Assembly: GCA_934167825.1 (NCBI GenBank)
Contig: CAKPLY010000004.1
Coordinates: forward strand, 90-64,089
Origin: an uncultured Bacilli bacterium
GTDB lineage: Bacteria; Bacillota_I; Bacilli_A; RF39; UBA660
Length of the DNA stretch: 64,000 nucleotides
Direction: 5' to 3'
The position numbers and the translations under genes are program-made. Positions 1-9,755 of the stretch are shown piece after piece (the stretch's first letter is position 1; each line of letters opens with the position of its first letter). The notes beneath the pieces were generated by a model that was given only the letters and a program-made list of their open reading frames with translations, was not told the DNA's origin and made no database searches.

Positions 1-173
1 TTTAAGTTGTTTACAACTTAACTATCACAATTAGGAATTAATACAATTCGTATAAATATCTATATACATCCTGCCACAATTTTATTTAAATATAAACACT
101 TTTTATTTAAATTTTTGTAAATTATGCTAAATTGATCTAATTATATGATAAAATGGTATTGTAGGTGAGATAG

Positions 174-3100
174 ATGAATTATAAATATCAAAGAAGACAA
201 ATATTTGGGAAAAGATTAAAAGTTCCTAAGGATATATTAAATAAAGTTTATAATTGTTATCTTTCTTTTAATGAATTTATTGAGTATCAATTAGAAGATA
301 AGATACCAATTTCTTGTATTAAAGAATCTGATAGAAGAATTGTTTCAAAGTTTGGTATTGATAAATGTAGAGAATTAGATTGGAAATTAATAAACAAAAC
401 ATTGTATTATAATATGAATATTAATTTTAGAGATGTACTAATGTCTATTGATTCAAAAACTGAAAATATTAATAATACTTTATATGAATTAGTAAAAAAT
501 CAAATAAGACCAAATGATTATACTTCAAAAATGCGTGAAGTATATGCTGATAGACTATTTGATATTTCGCAAATAAATGATACAAACACAAGCTATATCA
601 CAAGAGAGATAATGAAAAAGTTTAATGATGGTAAAGTTACCTTAAAAGAAATAGTATGTAATTGGGATTTATTTAAAAATAAAGATTTAGATTTTTGTTT
701 ACTAAATGATAATGAAAATCAGAATCATGTTACAAGTACTATGTTAAAAGAATTTATGTCTAATTATGGTAATTTAGCATCTTTAATTGCAGATAATAAT
801 GATATTTATGCATTTATTAATAATATATATTCTTTTAATTCCAAAGAAGAAGAAGAGATGTATGTTAAACAGTTTACTGATGATATATTAAGTAAAACAT
901 TAAAAAGTAGTGATAGGTCTAAACCTACAATTGAATTAACAAATAGCCAATATAAAGAAATATTTAAGTATTCTTCTGCAGGAGATTATTTAGAATCATT
1001 TTATAACGAAGATGGATTTGCTATAATTGATGAATTGAAAAAACTACCTAAAAATTATATTTCTAGTATAAATATTCCTTTTTCAGAAATTTTAAAATAT
1101 AATATATTTGAATTTATTAATGAAGTGGGATTAAAAAATATTGTTGATTTTGATAATGAAAATGGTTACTTTCTTACTAGAGATAATTGCAAAATGTTAA
1201 AACTAATACGTAATAAATATTTAAAAGAAAATGTTGATTCTCCAGATGAAAAAATTTTTATTGATTTTTATGATGAAAATGGAAAGTTTAGGCCGCATAC
1301 TAAAGATGAATTTTATGAAATAATGAGAAGAATAATAGTAAATCGTCCGATTAATATTACTGATGATTATAGAGAGTTAAATGGAGAATTTAGAACTAGA
1401 AATCCAGAATTATTTATATCAGAACAAGCACCTATTGAATTACAAAATTTATTTTATACTAAACAAATAACACCAAGTATAATTTTAGAACATCCAGAAT
1501 ATATTGAATTTTTAAAAGGAAAAAATTTAAATTCTTGTCTTGAAATAATATCAGTAAACGTAAAAAATAATGATGAAAAAGCATATTATAAGAGTTTTTG
1601 GAAATTTATTGGTGATAAAACCAATTCAGATGAATTTATTAATTTTATTATGGAGTATTCAGATGTTTTAGATATTGTTTTAAATGGCAAAGAATCGAAT
1701 AGTTATCAATATAGTATAAAATTTTCAATTGATGATGATATGAATAAAATTTCAAGTAAAATTAATGAAACATTAAAAAAACTTATTATTGAAAAGGGTA
1801 TAATTTATCCAAGACATATTCCAAAGAATATGAAAGAAGAATATCCATCATTATTTTTAGGAGAAAATATTCCACAAGAAATTAAAAATAAATTTTATAA
1901 TAGAGAATTTACATTAAAAGATTTTAATGATAATCCAGAATTATTTGAAATGTTTGATAAAACAAATATTGCTTGTGGTTTTTCTGAAGATATGTCTTGG
2001 ATTATCACTTTATTTGAAGATCTTGATGATTTTAAAAAAGCAAATTATAATCGTATGAAAGTAATATTAGCATATTCTAAAATACAAGATGCAATTTCAA
2101 AACAAGTATTTAAAGAAACAATTATGAATTTAGGCTCTGATGTTAATATAGAAAAAATAGAGTATATTTCTGAAATTATATTAAGACTTTCATTATCTAA
2201 TTCGAGTGAGATGTTTACATTTAGGTATGAACTTGCTTCGCAATTATTGAATTCAAATAATCCGTTGGAAAGTTTAAATAAGATAGAAAATGTATTTATT
2301 AAAAACAATATTCCAGTAGTAGGAAAAATATATTCATGCTTTGATATATTGCATCCTGACTTTCAAGGGTTTAATTTTGAAAGTTCAACTATATCGCCAG
2401 TATTAAAAAAATCTTCAACAACAAGTAAAAAAATAATAGTTTTTTCTGATTTAATTAAGGCTTCATTTGGATCTAATAATAGATCTGTAAATGATTATTT
2501 AAAAAATATAGAATTTGGTTCTAATTTGTATGAAAGTATGAAATCTGGACAAGTTCAATTTGATTTACTTAGTGAGATGGAAAAACATGAACTATTGATA
2601 TTTCGTAATCATTTGTCAACGTTATATGATAATACTATGAAGGGAAAAAGCGAAAATGATACATTTATATCTAGTGAAAATATTTTAAATGATATTTTGG
2701 AACTTTCAAAAAGATTATCTTTAGATGGAACATTAGATTACAATTTAGCAGATAGAGTAATAAAAATGTTTTGTGGATTTGCAGGTATTGATACATTAGA
2801 ACAAGCTAAAAGATACGTTGAAAAGAAAGTTAAGACTGCTGATTTAAGGAATAGAGAAGCTTCTAATTCAGATATGATATTAACTCAAGGAGATTTTATT
2901 AAAGGAATTGGTGATATAAAATATTTAGGAAATATTTTACAAAATGGTAGTGTTTCAAAAGAATATTTAGGTTCTTGTGCTGGTAGTGATTCAACTCCAC
3001 TTGATACTGATGTATCGATGATAACAAGTGCGGAAGGAACAATAAAAGAAAAAATGAGTGCGACTGCTGCAAATGATTATGGACCTATATGGTTTGTGTT

Positions 3101-4322
3101 AAAAAATGATGATAGATTTATAACTACTAGAACAAATAGTGAAACATTAGATGTAAAAAGAGATTTATCTAAAATGGAAGTATTTTATACCGGAGTTTTA
3201 GGACAGGATCATTATGGAATTAGAACTGGTTTTGCTTCTAGTGAAATAAATTATATTGTTATGGAAAATTATGATTCAAGAGTTGGATTAGAAATAGCTA
3301 TGAATGGATTTTATATACCTGTTGCAAATAAAGAAGGTAAGATAGTTTTTACTCCAAAAGATTATGATGATTTAAGAAAGAAAATGAGTGGTTTATCTTA
3401 TTTTGGAGAACAGAATTATTCTTTTTCAAATAATTTAATAACTGAGGAAACTAAATATTTAGCAGAACAGATAGAACAAAGTAATTGTGAGGTTCAGTTA
3501 AAAAGAGAAAAAATTAATAAAGTTATTAAAAAATCACTTGAAGAAATAGGACTTCATTTAAAAACAAATATTGATGGTGATTTAACCGAAGGATTCGTAG
3601 AATTAATTGATACTGGTTCAACAGGAAGAGGAACAAATAAGCCTGGTGATGGGGATTTTGATTTTATGATGAGGTTAGATAGAAAGGTATTAGAAAATCC
3701 TTTAAAATTAAATGAATTAAAACAAACTATATTAAAAAATATAGGTAAAGAAAATACTTCTGAAGTAACTGGAACTGGAGATTTTAGATTAAAGAATGTT
3801 GAAATAGATAATGATACCAATGTAGATATTGATATTACATTTACTAATAAAACTGATAAGATATTATATTCAACTGATATGGCATTACAAGATAGATTAT
3901 CAACTATTCAAAGTAATGATTCGGAAAAGTATAAATATGTTGTTTCAAATATTCTTTTAGCTAAACAAGTATTGAAAAAAGCAGAAGCATACAAGCCTAA
4001 TCGAGGAGATGTACCACAAGGTGGTTTAGGTGGTGTAGGAATAGAAAATTGGATTCTTCAAAATGGTGGTTCATTTATTGATGCTGCTAAAAGTTTTGTT
4101 GAGGCTTCTGAAGGAAAAAGTTTCGAAGAATTTAAATCAATTTATCAAATATGGGATTTTGGAGATAATCATTTGGCGGAAAGAAGAGGACAATATTCAC
4201 ATGATAATTTTGTAGTTAATAATATGAGCAAATCAGGATATCAAAAAATGCTTCAAGCTTTAAAAGAATATTTAAAATCTATAGAGATTTCACAAATAGA
4301 TACCGAAACTATAAAACGATGA
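174..4322 (+). CDS. Large 1382-aa protein with no signal peptide or TM segment. The C-terminal ~250 aa form a Pol-beta-superfamily nucleotidyltransferase domain resembling the class-I (archaeal-type) CCA-adding enzyme head/neck. The N-terminal ~1100 aa are unassigned.
   Basis: Uninterrupted ORF with aggtgag RBS before the ATG. Motifs GSTGRGTNKPGDGDFDFMM (GS...DxD), DIDITF, and LLAKQVLKKAEAYKPNRGDVPQGGLGGVGIENWILQNGGSF. A hairpin terminator overlaps the stop codon. Confidence 0.6.
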   Translation: MNYKYQRRQIFGKRLKVPKDILNKVYNCYLSFNEFIEYQLEDKIPISCIKESDRRIVSKFGIDKCRELDWKLINKTLYYNMNINFRDVLMSIDSKTENINNTLYELVKNQIRPNDYTSKMREVYADRLFDISQINDTNTSYITREIMKKFNDGKVTLKEIVCNWDLFKNKDLDFCLLNDNENQNHVTSTMLKEFMSNYGNLASLIADNNDIYAFINNIYSFNSKEEEEMYVKQFTDDILSKTLKSSDRSKPTIELTNSQYKEIFKYSSAGDYLESFYNEDGFAIIDELKKLPKNYISSINIPFSEILKYNIFEFINEVGLKNIVDFDNENGYFLTRDNCKMLKLIRNKYLKENVDSPDEKIFIDFYDENGKFRPHTKDEFYEIMRRIIVNRPINITDDYRELNGEFRTRNPELFISEQAPIELQNLFYTKQITPSIILEHPEYIEFLKGKNLNSCLEIISVNVKNNDEKAYYKSFWKFIGDKTNSDEFINFIMEYSDVLDIVLNGKESNSYQYSIKFSIDDDMNKISSKINETLKKLIIEKGIIYPRHIPKNMKEEYPSLFLGENIPQEIKNKFYNREFTLKDFNDNPELFEMFDKTNIACGFSEDMSWIITLFEDLDDFKKANYNRMKVILAYSKIQDAISKQVFKETIMNLGSDVNIEKIEYISEIILRLSLSNSSEMFTFRYELASQLLNSNNPLESLNKIENVFIKNNIPVVGKIYSCFDILHPDFQGFNFESSTISPVLKKSSTTSKKIIVFSDLIKASFGSNNRSVNDYLKNIEFGSNLYESMKSGQVQFDLLSEMEKHELLIFRNHLSTLYDNTMKGKSENDTFISSENILNDILELSKRLSLDGTLDYNLADRVIKMFCGFAGIDTLEQAKRYVEKKVKTADLRNREASNSDMILTQGDFIKGIGDIKYLGNILQNGSVSKEYLGSCAGSDSTPLDTDVSMITSAEGTIKEKMSATAANDYGPIWFVLKNDDRFITTRTNSETLDVKRDLSKMEVFYTGVLGQDHYGIRTGFASSEINYIVMENYDSRVGLEIAMNGFYIPVANKEGKIVFTPKDYDDLRKKMSGLSYFGEQNYSFSNNLITEETKYLAEQIEQSNCEVQLKREKINKVIKKSLEEIGLHLKTNIDGDLTEGFVELIDTGSTGRGTNKPGDGDFDFMMRLDRKVLENPLKLNELKQTILKNIGKENTSEVTGTGDFRLKNVEIDNDTNVDIDITFTNKTDKILYSTDMALQDRLSTIQSNDSEKYKYVVSNILLAKQVLKKAEAYKPNRGDVPQGGLGGVGIENWILQNGGSFIDAAKSFVEASEGKSFEEFKSIYQIWDFGDNHLAERRGQYSHDNFVVNNMSKSGYQKMLQALKEYLKSIEISQIDTETIKR

Positions 4323-4349
4323 CTTATAATGATAAGCCATCGTTTTTTT
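4314..4349 (+). terminator. Rho-independent terminator of the 1382-aa gene
   Basis: Stem aaacgatg/catcgttt followed by a T-run; it overlaps the TGA stop. Confidence 0.7.
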
Positions 4350-4367
4350 CTTTTGTCTGCATATGTA

Positions 4368-4418
4368 TTAAGTAAGAACACGAATATAAATACTTGCAAC
4401 ATTCTTTTCATTATTCAT
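4368..4418 (-). pseudogene. 16-codon stub resembling the N-terminus of a serine recombinase
   Basis: aaaggag RBS, then MNNEKNVASIYIRVLT*. Compare the ..IYxRVST..Q start of serine recombinases; this stub stops at the catalytic-Ser position. Confidence 0.25.
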
Positions 4419-5039
4419 TAACTAATCACTCCTTTTTACTAAAAAAGAAGAGACAATGGTATCCAGTTAAGACTAAATACTACTGACTCCTCATTAAATT
4501 CAATATTATAAATTTTCGATATCTTGAGTTTATATATCATAAATATACCTTCATTTCTAGAACATACTTTTTACATTGGCAATTTATAATATCACTTTTT
4601 TTAAGATTGTATATTCCCTATATTGAGAATAAGTAGTATTAGTTGAAGCTGATATTTAAATAACTATTTAATCTTTTTTATATAATCTTCTAAATCTTTA
4701 ATTTCAGTAGAGTTTGATAGAATACCGATATAGAGAGTTTTAGAATAATTAAAAGCTAGGAAAGTAATTTATTTAATAATAACCCTATGTGGCTCAATAT
4801 AAGATAAATTAGAGTGTTCTATAATTCTCATATTACCATTTATTATTTTCGGTTAGTATTACAAAAAATCACATATAAACTCCATTTTCTTTTTAAATTC
4901 AGCTTCAAACTCTATTTGTTTACTTATAATATTAATCATAATAAAAACCTTTCTTAATACAAAAAAATATCAACTTCGTTTAGAAATTGATATTTTTCTA
5001 TATTAAGTTCAAACTAAATAGTTCGAACAGATTCGTCAA

Positions 5040-5113
5040 TGGAGCAGATGAGGAGAATCGAACTCCCGTAGTCAGCTTGGAAGGCTGAGGTTCTACCATT
5101 AAACTACATCTGC
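5040..5113 (-). tRNA. tRNA-Gly, anticodon UCC, with encoded CCA
   Basis: The reverse complement GCAGATGTAGTTTAATGGTAGAACCTCAGCCTTCCAAGCTGACTACGGGAGTTCGATTCTCCTCATCTGCTCCA folds by hand into a cloverleaf. It has a 7-bp acceptor stem, anticodon stem TCAGC/GCTGA with loop CTTCCAA, and T-loop TTCGATT. Confidence 0.92.
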
Positions 5114-5191
5114 AAATCAAGTAGGCAATATAAATTTTATAATATATTGCCTTATTTGTCAATAGTTTTTTGAAAAAAAGTTGATATATTT

Positions 5192-7354
5192 TTAATTTTT
5201 TAATAAATTTGGTTCAACTAGTGATAAAGAAACTTTTTCTTTTTCTTTATTTATATCAATAACATAACAATCTATTATGTCTCCAACGTTTAATATATCA
5301 CTTGGATGTTTTATATAATTATTAGTCATTTTAGATATATGTATTAGTCCATCGTTATGTAATCCTATGTCTACGAATGCTCCAAAATCTATAACATTTC
5401 TAACTGTACCCTGTAATTTCATTCCTACTTGTAAATCATTTATATCTAGAACGTCACTTTTTAGTAATGGTTTTGGCATATCATCTCTTGGGTCTCTATT
5501 TGGTTTTTTTAATGCTAGTATAATATCTTCTAGAGTATATATATCTGTGTTTAATTTATCTTTATATGCATTTATATCTATATTATTTAATAAATCTATT
5601 AGTTTTTGTGTGCCAATATCTTTTGTACTACAGTTAAGTTTTTTCAGTAAATCTAATACAATATTATAACTTTCTGGGTGAACTGATGTAACATCTAAAA
5701 TGTTATCTCCATCAATTACTCTTAAAAATCCTATTGACTGTTCATAAGATTTATCGCTTAGAAGTTTTTTCTTTTTTATTTCTTCGCGCGATTTTATTTT
5801 TCCTTCCTTATTTCTATATTCAATTATTTTATCTATGTTTTTTTTAGTTATTCCTGATACATATTTAAGTAGGGAAGGGGATGCTGTATTTATGTTTACT
5901 CCAACACTGTTTACTGCTTTTGATACTACGAAGTCTAATGATTCAGTTAGTTTTTTATTGGATACATCATGTTGATAAAGTCCTACTCCAATGCTTTCGG
6001 GAGTTATTTTTACTAGTTCTGCTAAAGGGTCTTGTAATCTTCTTCCTATTGAGATTGCACTTCTTTTTTCTACGGTTAAATCTGGAAATTCTTCGATTGC
6101 TAATTTGCTTGCAGAGTATACACTTGCTCCTGCTTCTGATACAATTATATATTCGGTAGGTAATTTTTCTTCTTTAATTACAGATGATACAAATTTTTCT
6201 GATTCACGAGATGCTGTACCATTTCCTATTGCGATAACTTCTACATTGTATTTCTTTATTAAGTCTACTAATACTTTTTTTGATTCTTCATATTTGTTAT
6301 GCGGTTCGTTTGGGTATATTACTGCAATTTCAAGTTTTTTACCCGTTTTATCTATTACTGCTAGTTTACATCCTGTTCTAAATGCTGGGTCAAAACCAAG
6401 TACTGTTTTATCTTTTATTGGTGGAGTAAGAAGTAGTTTTTCTAGATTTTTACTAAAGTTATCTATTGCACTATTTTCACCAATGACAGTTAAGTCTGCT
6501 CTTATTTCTCTTTCTACACTTGGCAATATTAATCTTTTTAAACTATCATTAATGGCATCTATAATTATGTCTTTTACGTTTGTTTTATCATTTTTTATTA
6601 TTTTTGATTCTAAATACTTTTCTATTTCTTCGGGTATAATTTCTATACTAACGTTAAGTATACCTTCGTTTTCTCCACGATTTAATGCTAGAATTCTATG
6701 TGGTTTTATATATTTTACTTTTTCTGTGTAGTCATAATACATTTCGTAGGTTTTAATTTCATCTTTAGCATTTTTCTTTAACTTTGATACAACTATTCCT
6801 TTGTTATACATATTGTTTCTTATCCATTTTCTATAGTAAGCATTATCACTTATCCATTCAGCGATTATATATTTTGATCCTGTTATAGCATCATCTATTT
6901 TTTTTACGTTTTCATTTAAATATTTTTCTGCAATTTTATTTATATCTATGTTGTCTTTCATACTCATAATTATTTTTGCTAATGGTTCTAGTCCATTTTT
7001 TATTGCTTCGGTAGCTTTAGTCTTTTTCTTTTCTTTATATGGTCTATATAAGTCTTCTACTTCAACTAGTTTTGTACATTTTGTGATATTATCTTTTAAT
7101 TCATCTGTAAGAAGTCCTTTTTCGTCAATTAGTCTTATTACATCTTCTTTTCTTTTTAATAGAGATACTTGATAGTCATATACTAGACTTATTTTTCTTA
7201 TTTGTTCTTCATCTAGAGAGTTAGTTTTTTCTTTTCTATATCGTGCAATGAAGGGAATTGTGTTTCCTTCTTCAAGAAGCTCTAGTACTGCTTGCGTTTG
7301 GGATTCTTTTATATTTAATTCTTGTGATATTTCTTTAATTATTTCTTTGTTCAT
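5192..7354 (-). CDS. tex: Tex/YhgF-like transcription accessory protein with a C-terminal S1 RNA-binding domain
   Basis: 720 aa. N-terminal IPFIARYRKE motif, YqgF-like/HhH middle region, C-terminal S1 domain (GTVRNVIDFGAFVDIG). Confidence 0.9.
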   Translation of the reverse strand: MNKEIIKEISQELNIKESQTQAVLELLEEGNTIPFIARYRKEKTNSLDEEQIRKISLVYDYQVSLLKRKEDVIRLIDEKGLLTDELKDNITKCTKLVEVEDLYRPYKEKKKTKATEAIKNGLEPLAKIIMSMKDNIDINKIAEKYLNENVKKIDDAITGSKYIIAEWISDNAYYRKWIRNNMYNKGIVVSKLKKNAKDEIKTYEMYYDYTEKVKYIKPHRILALNRGENEGILNVSIEIIPEEIEKYLESKIIKNDKTNVKDIIIDAINDSLKRLILPSVEREIRADLTVIGENSAIDNFSKNLEKLLLTPPIKDKTVLGFDPAFRTGCKLAVIDKTGKKLEIAVIYPNEPHNKYEESKKVLVDLIKKYNVEVIAIGNGTASRESEKFVSSVIKEEKLPTEYIIVSEAGASVYSASKLAIEEFPDLTVEKRSAISIGRRLQDPLAELVKITPESIGVGLYQHDVSNKKLTESLDFVVSKAVNSVGVNINTASPSLLKYVSGITKKNIDKIIEYRNKEGKIKSREEIKKKKLLSDKSYEQSIGFLRVIDGDNILDVTSVHPESYNIVLDLLKKLNCSTKDIGTQKLIDLLNNIDINAYKDKLNTDIYTLEDIILALKKPNRDPRDDMPKPLLKSDVLDINDLQVGMKLQGTVRNVIDFGAFVDIGLHNDGLIHISKMTNNYIKHPSDILNVGDIIDCYVIDINKEKEKVSLSLVEPNLLKN

Positions 7355-8561
7355 AATGTCCTTCTTTCTTTAGTTTATTTGCGTATGTTATTATTCCTTT
7401 GTATTTAGTATTTAATTCATTTATTACTTTATCTAGTTTTTCATTTGTTATTTTAGGTGTTTCTTTTATTTTTTCGTGACTAAATAGGTTAAGTTGGATG
7501 TCGTTTGTTTTAGATAAAGTTGATATTCCTACACAAAGAGCACGTATACTTTCTTCATTCCAAATACTATTAAATAGTTTTATTGCGTGCATATATATAT
7601 ATTCAAGTTCGTTAGTACTGTTAGTTAGGGTTATTTGTTTACTTACTTTGGTAAAGTCTGTGTATTTAATCCATATACTTACACTTTTTGTATACATCTT
7701 TTTTTCTTTTAGCTTGGTTGTTATTTCTTTAGATAGTGACTTGATGATAGGGTATATTTCTTCTTTTGTTTTGTAGTTATATGCAAATGATGTTGATGAG
7801 GATATACTTTTTGGGTCGGTGTATTCATATTCTACTTTAGAATTATCTATTCCGTTTGCACTTTCTATCATTTGATTTGCTCTATTTTTGAAATATTTAT
7901 ATAGAAAGTTAGGGTCTTTTTTTGCTAAATCTTGGATAGTTAATATACCTAATTCATTTAGTCTTCTACTTGAACTTTTACCTATCATAAATAAATCACT
8001 GACAGGGAGTGGCCACATTTTTTCTTTTATTTCGTTGGAGTAGAGAGTATGTACTTTGTCTGGCTTTTCAAAATCTGATGCCATTTTTGCACATAATTTA
8101 TTGTTTCCTATACCAACGTTTACGGTAAATCCAAATAATTTTTTTATATCTTCTTTAATTTTGTATGCTGTTTTTTCTGGAGGGCCAAACATAATAGTTA
8201 AATCTGTATAGTCTAAGAAACATTCATCAATAGAGTAGCGTTCAATAACATTGGTGTAATTTAATAGATAGTTATACATTTTGTTTGAATAATATTTATA
8301 TACTTCATAGTTAGGTGGGTATACTTCAAGATAAGGACATTTTTTTCTTGCTTGAAAGATTGGTTCAGCGGTTACTACTCCTTTTTTCTTGCATAAATTA
8401 CTTTTTGCAAGTACTATTCCTTTTCTTTCTTTTTCACTTCCACCAATTATGGCATATCTATTTCTTATATCTATTTTACTTCCTTTATTTAGCATATTTA
8501 CTGCAGTCCATGATAGGAATGCATTATTTGCATCTATATGTAATATTATTCTTTCTTTCAT
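7335..8561 (-). CDS. dinB: Y-family DNA polymerase IV
   Basis: ILHIDANNAFLSW and SIDECFLD catalytic motifs; typical length (408 aa). Confidence 0.9.
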   Translation of the reverse strand: MKERIILHIDANNAFLSWTAVNMLNKGSKIDIRNRYAIIGGSEKERKGIVLAKSNLCKKKGVVTAEPIFQARKKCPYLEVYPPNYEVYKYYSNKMYNYLLNYTNVIERYSIDECFLDYTDLTIMFGPPEKTAYKIKEDIKKLFGFTVNVGIGNNKLCAKMASDFEKPDKVHTLYSNEIKEKMWPLPVSDLFMIGKSSSRRLNELGILTIQDLAKKDPNFLYKYFKNRANQMIESANGIDNSKVEYEYTDPKSISSSTSFAYNYKTKEEIYPIIKSLSKEITTKLKEKKMYTKSVSIWIKYTDFTKVSKQITLTNSTNELEYIYMHAIKLFNSIWNEESIRALCVGISTLSKTNDIQLNLFSHEKIKETPKITNEKLDKVINELNTKYKGIITYANKLKKEGHYEQRNN

Positions 8562-8630
8562 TTTTACACCCTAGAAATTATTATAATAAGTATACTAAAA
8601 AAAATCAATAAAAAAACTAACTAAATGTTA

Positions 8631-8864
8631 CTAGTTAGTATATTTGTTTTTAAATATATTTAATAGTTCTTTGAATTCTTCTTCGTTACTTAAGGCACTT
8701 AAATATTCTTCGTTATTCTTTATTGTTAGTTTTCTTATCATATAATCACTTGGGTTATCTATGTTTGCTAAAAATATGTATGTATTGTTATTATAGTTTA
8801 TTTTATCTATTTCTGTATATTCAATGTTATTAATTGTTATTACATTACATTCTATAGTATCCAT
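8631..8864 (-). CDS. Small DUF1292-like protein
   Basis: 77 aa. The pattern of a short beta-rich core followed by an acidic EEEF tail resembles DUF1292; recognised from memory only. Confidence 0.35.
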   Translation of the reverse strand: MDTIECNVITINNIEYTEIDKINYNNNTYIFLANIDNPSDYMIRKLTIKNNEEYLSALSNEEEFKELLNIFKNKYTN

Positions 8865-8865
8865 A

Positions 8866-9639
8866 TTACATTCCTTTTCCTTTATTCGATTCTTCTATTC
8901 TTTGATTTATTTCCATTAAATTAGCAATATTCTCTCTTTCATTTTCTCTATATTCAATCCAGTTTTTGTATCCTAGTTTTTCTAAGAAGTTAGAGTCATA
9001 ATTTTTATCTCCGGAAACATATGTGCTTAATGCTGAAGAATCTTTGTCTTCTTTACTTAATGCTTTTCTTACACTGTTATTAAATACATTACTTGTGTAT
9101 GGTTCATTTATTACTTGAGTTGCTGCAAATACGGCGCATCTAAATTCTTCTTCACTTATATTTGAAGAATCAATCATATAATCTGCGAAGTTATTAATAT
9201 CATTATCTAGATAGTCAACATATGGGTCGTCATATCTATCTGGTGTGTTTGATCCTACGACTGTTTCTATTCTTGTGTCTTTGGATTTATGATCATTCAT
9301 TAATTTATAATATTTATTTATAGTAATATCTACTTTTCCTTTGTTAGAAGTAGGATTTTCAAATGTTCCATAATTTGTAAAGTTGTGCATAGCTTGTACT
9401 ATTTTTACTCCTCCTGTTATAAGACTTGCAGTAATTACTAATGCGGTAACTACTCTTGTTATTCCTTTTCTTCTTTGCTTTTTTCTTCTTTTTTGGTATT
9501 TGATATCTTCTTCTTTAAGGGAATTTCTAAGGGGTTTTGTTTCCATTCTTTCTATTTGTGATTTATTATATTGTCTTTTTCTTTCACTTGCGGAGTTTGC
9601 TAAATTAATTGCTTCATAGTCTTCATTCATATTTTTCAC
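8866..9639 (-). CDS. Hypothetical single-pass membrane protein
   Basis: Basic N-terminus, one TM segment (VVTALVITASLITGGVKIV), no recognised motif. Confidence 0.5.
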   Translation of the reverse strand: MKNMNEDYEAINLANSASERKRQYNKSQIERMETKPLRNSLKEEDIKYQKRRKKQRRKGITRVVTALVITASLITGGVKIVQAMHNFTNYGTFENPTSNKGKVDITINKYYKLMNDHKSKDTRIETVVGSNTPDRYDDPYVDYLDNDINNFADYMIDSSNISEEEFRCAVFAATQVINEPYTSNVFNNSVRKALSKEDKDSSALSTYVSGDKNYDSNFLEKLGYKNWIEYRENERENIANLMEINQRIEESNKGKGM

Positions 9640-9755
9640 CTAATTTAATTATAATAAAAATATAAAATGTAGTCAATAAAATGTGCTATTTATAAAAATA
9701 TATATTTAAAAATGTGTAAAATATGATATAATGAATATGTTTAAGGAGAGATACT

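Noticed and set aside
2-21. Perfect 8-bp inverted repeat ttaagttg-ttta-caacttaa at the very start of the window
   Set aside because: It is probably the terminator stem of an upstream gene outside the window. It has no T-run and no context, so it cannot be interpreted.
4320-4322. Possibility of a Mollicutes-type genetic code (TGA = Trp), given the AT-richness and DUF285 proteins
   Set aside because: TGA terminates several well-delimited genes, for example the 1382-aa ORF whose stop lies inside a terminator hairpin. Trp is encoded by TGG in conserved motifs, and no conserved protein needs TGA read-through.
5991-6731. 246-aa plus-strand ORF, together with 5367-5669, 5881-6159 and 6948-7172, inside the tex locus
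   Set aside because: All lie antisense to a full-length, motif-rich Tex gene. They are Ser/Leu/Phe/Ile-rich mirror-frame products of AT-rich coding DNA, with no RBS or motifs.
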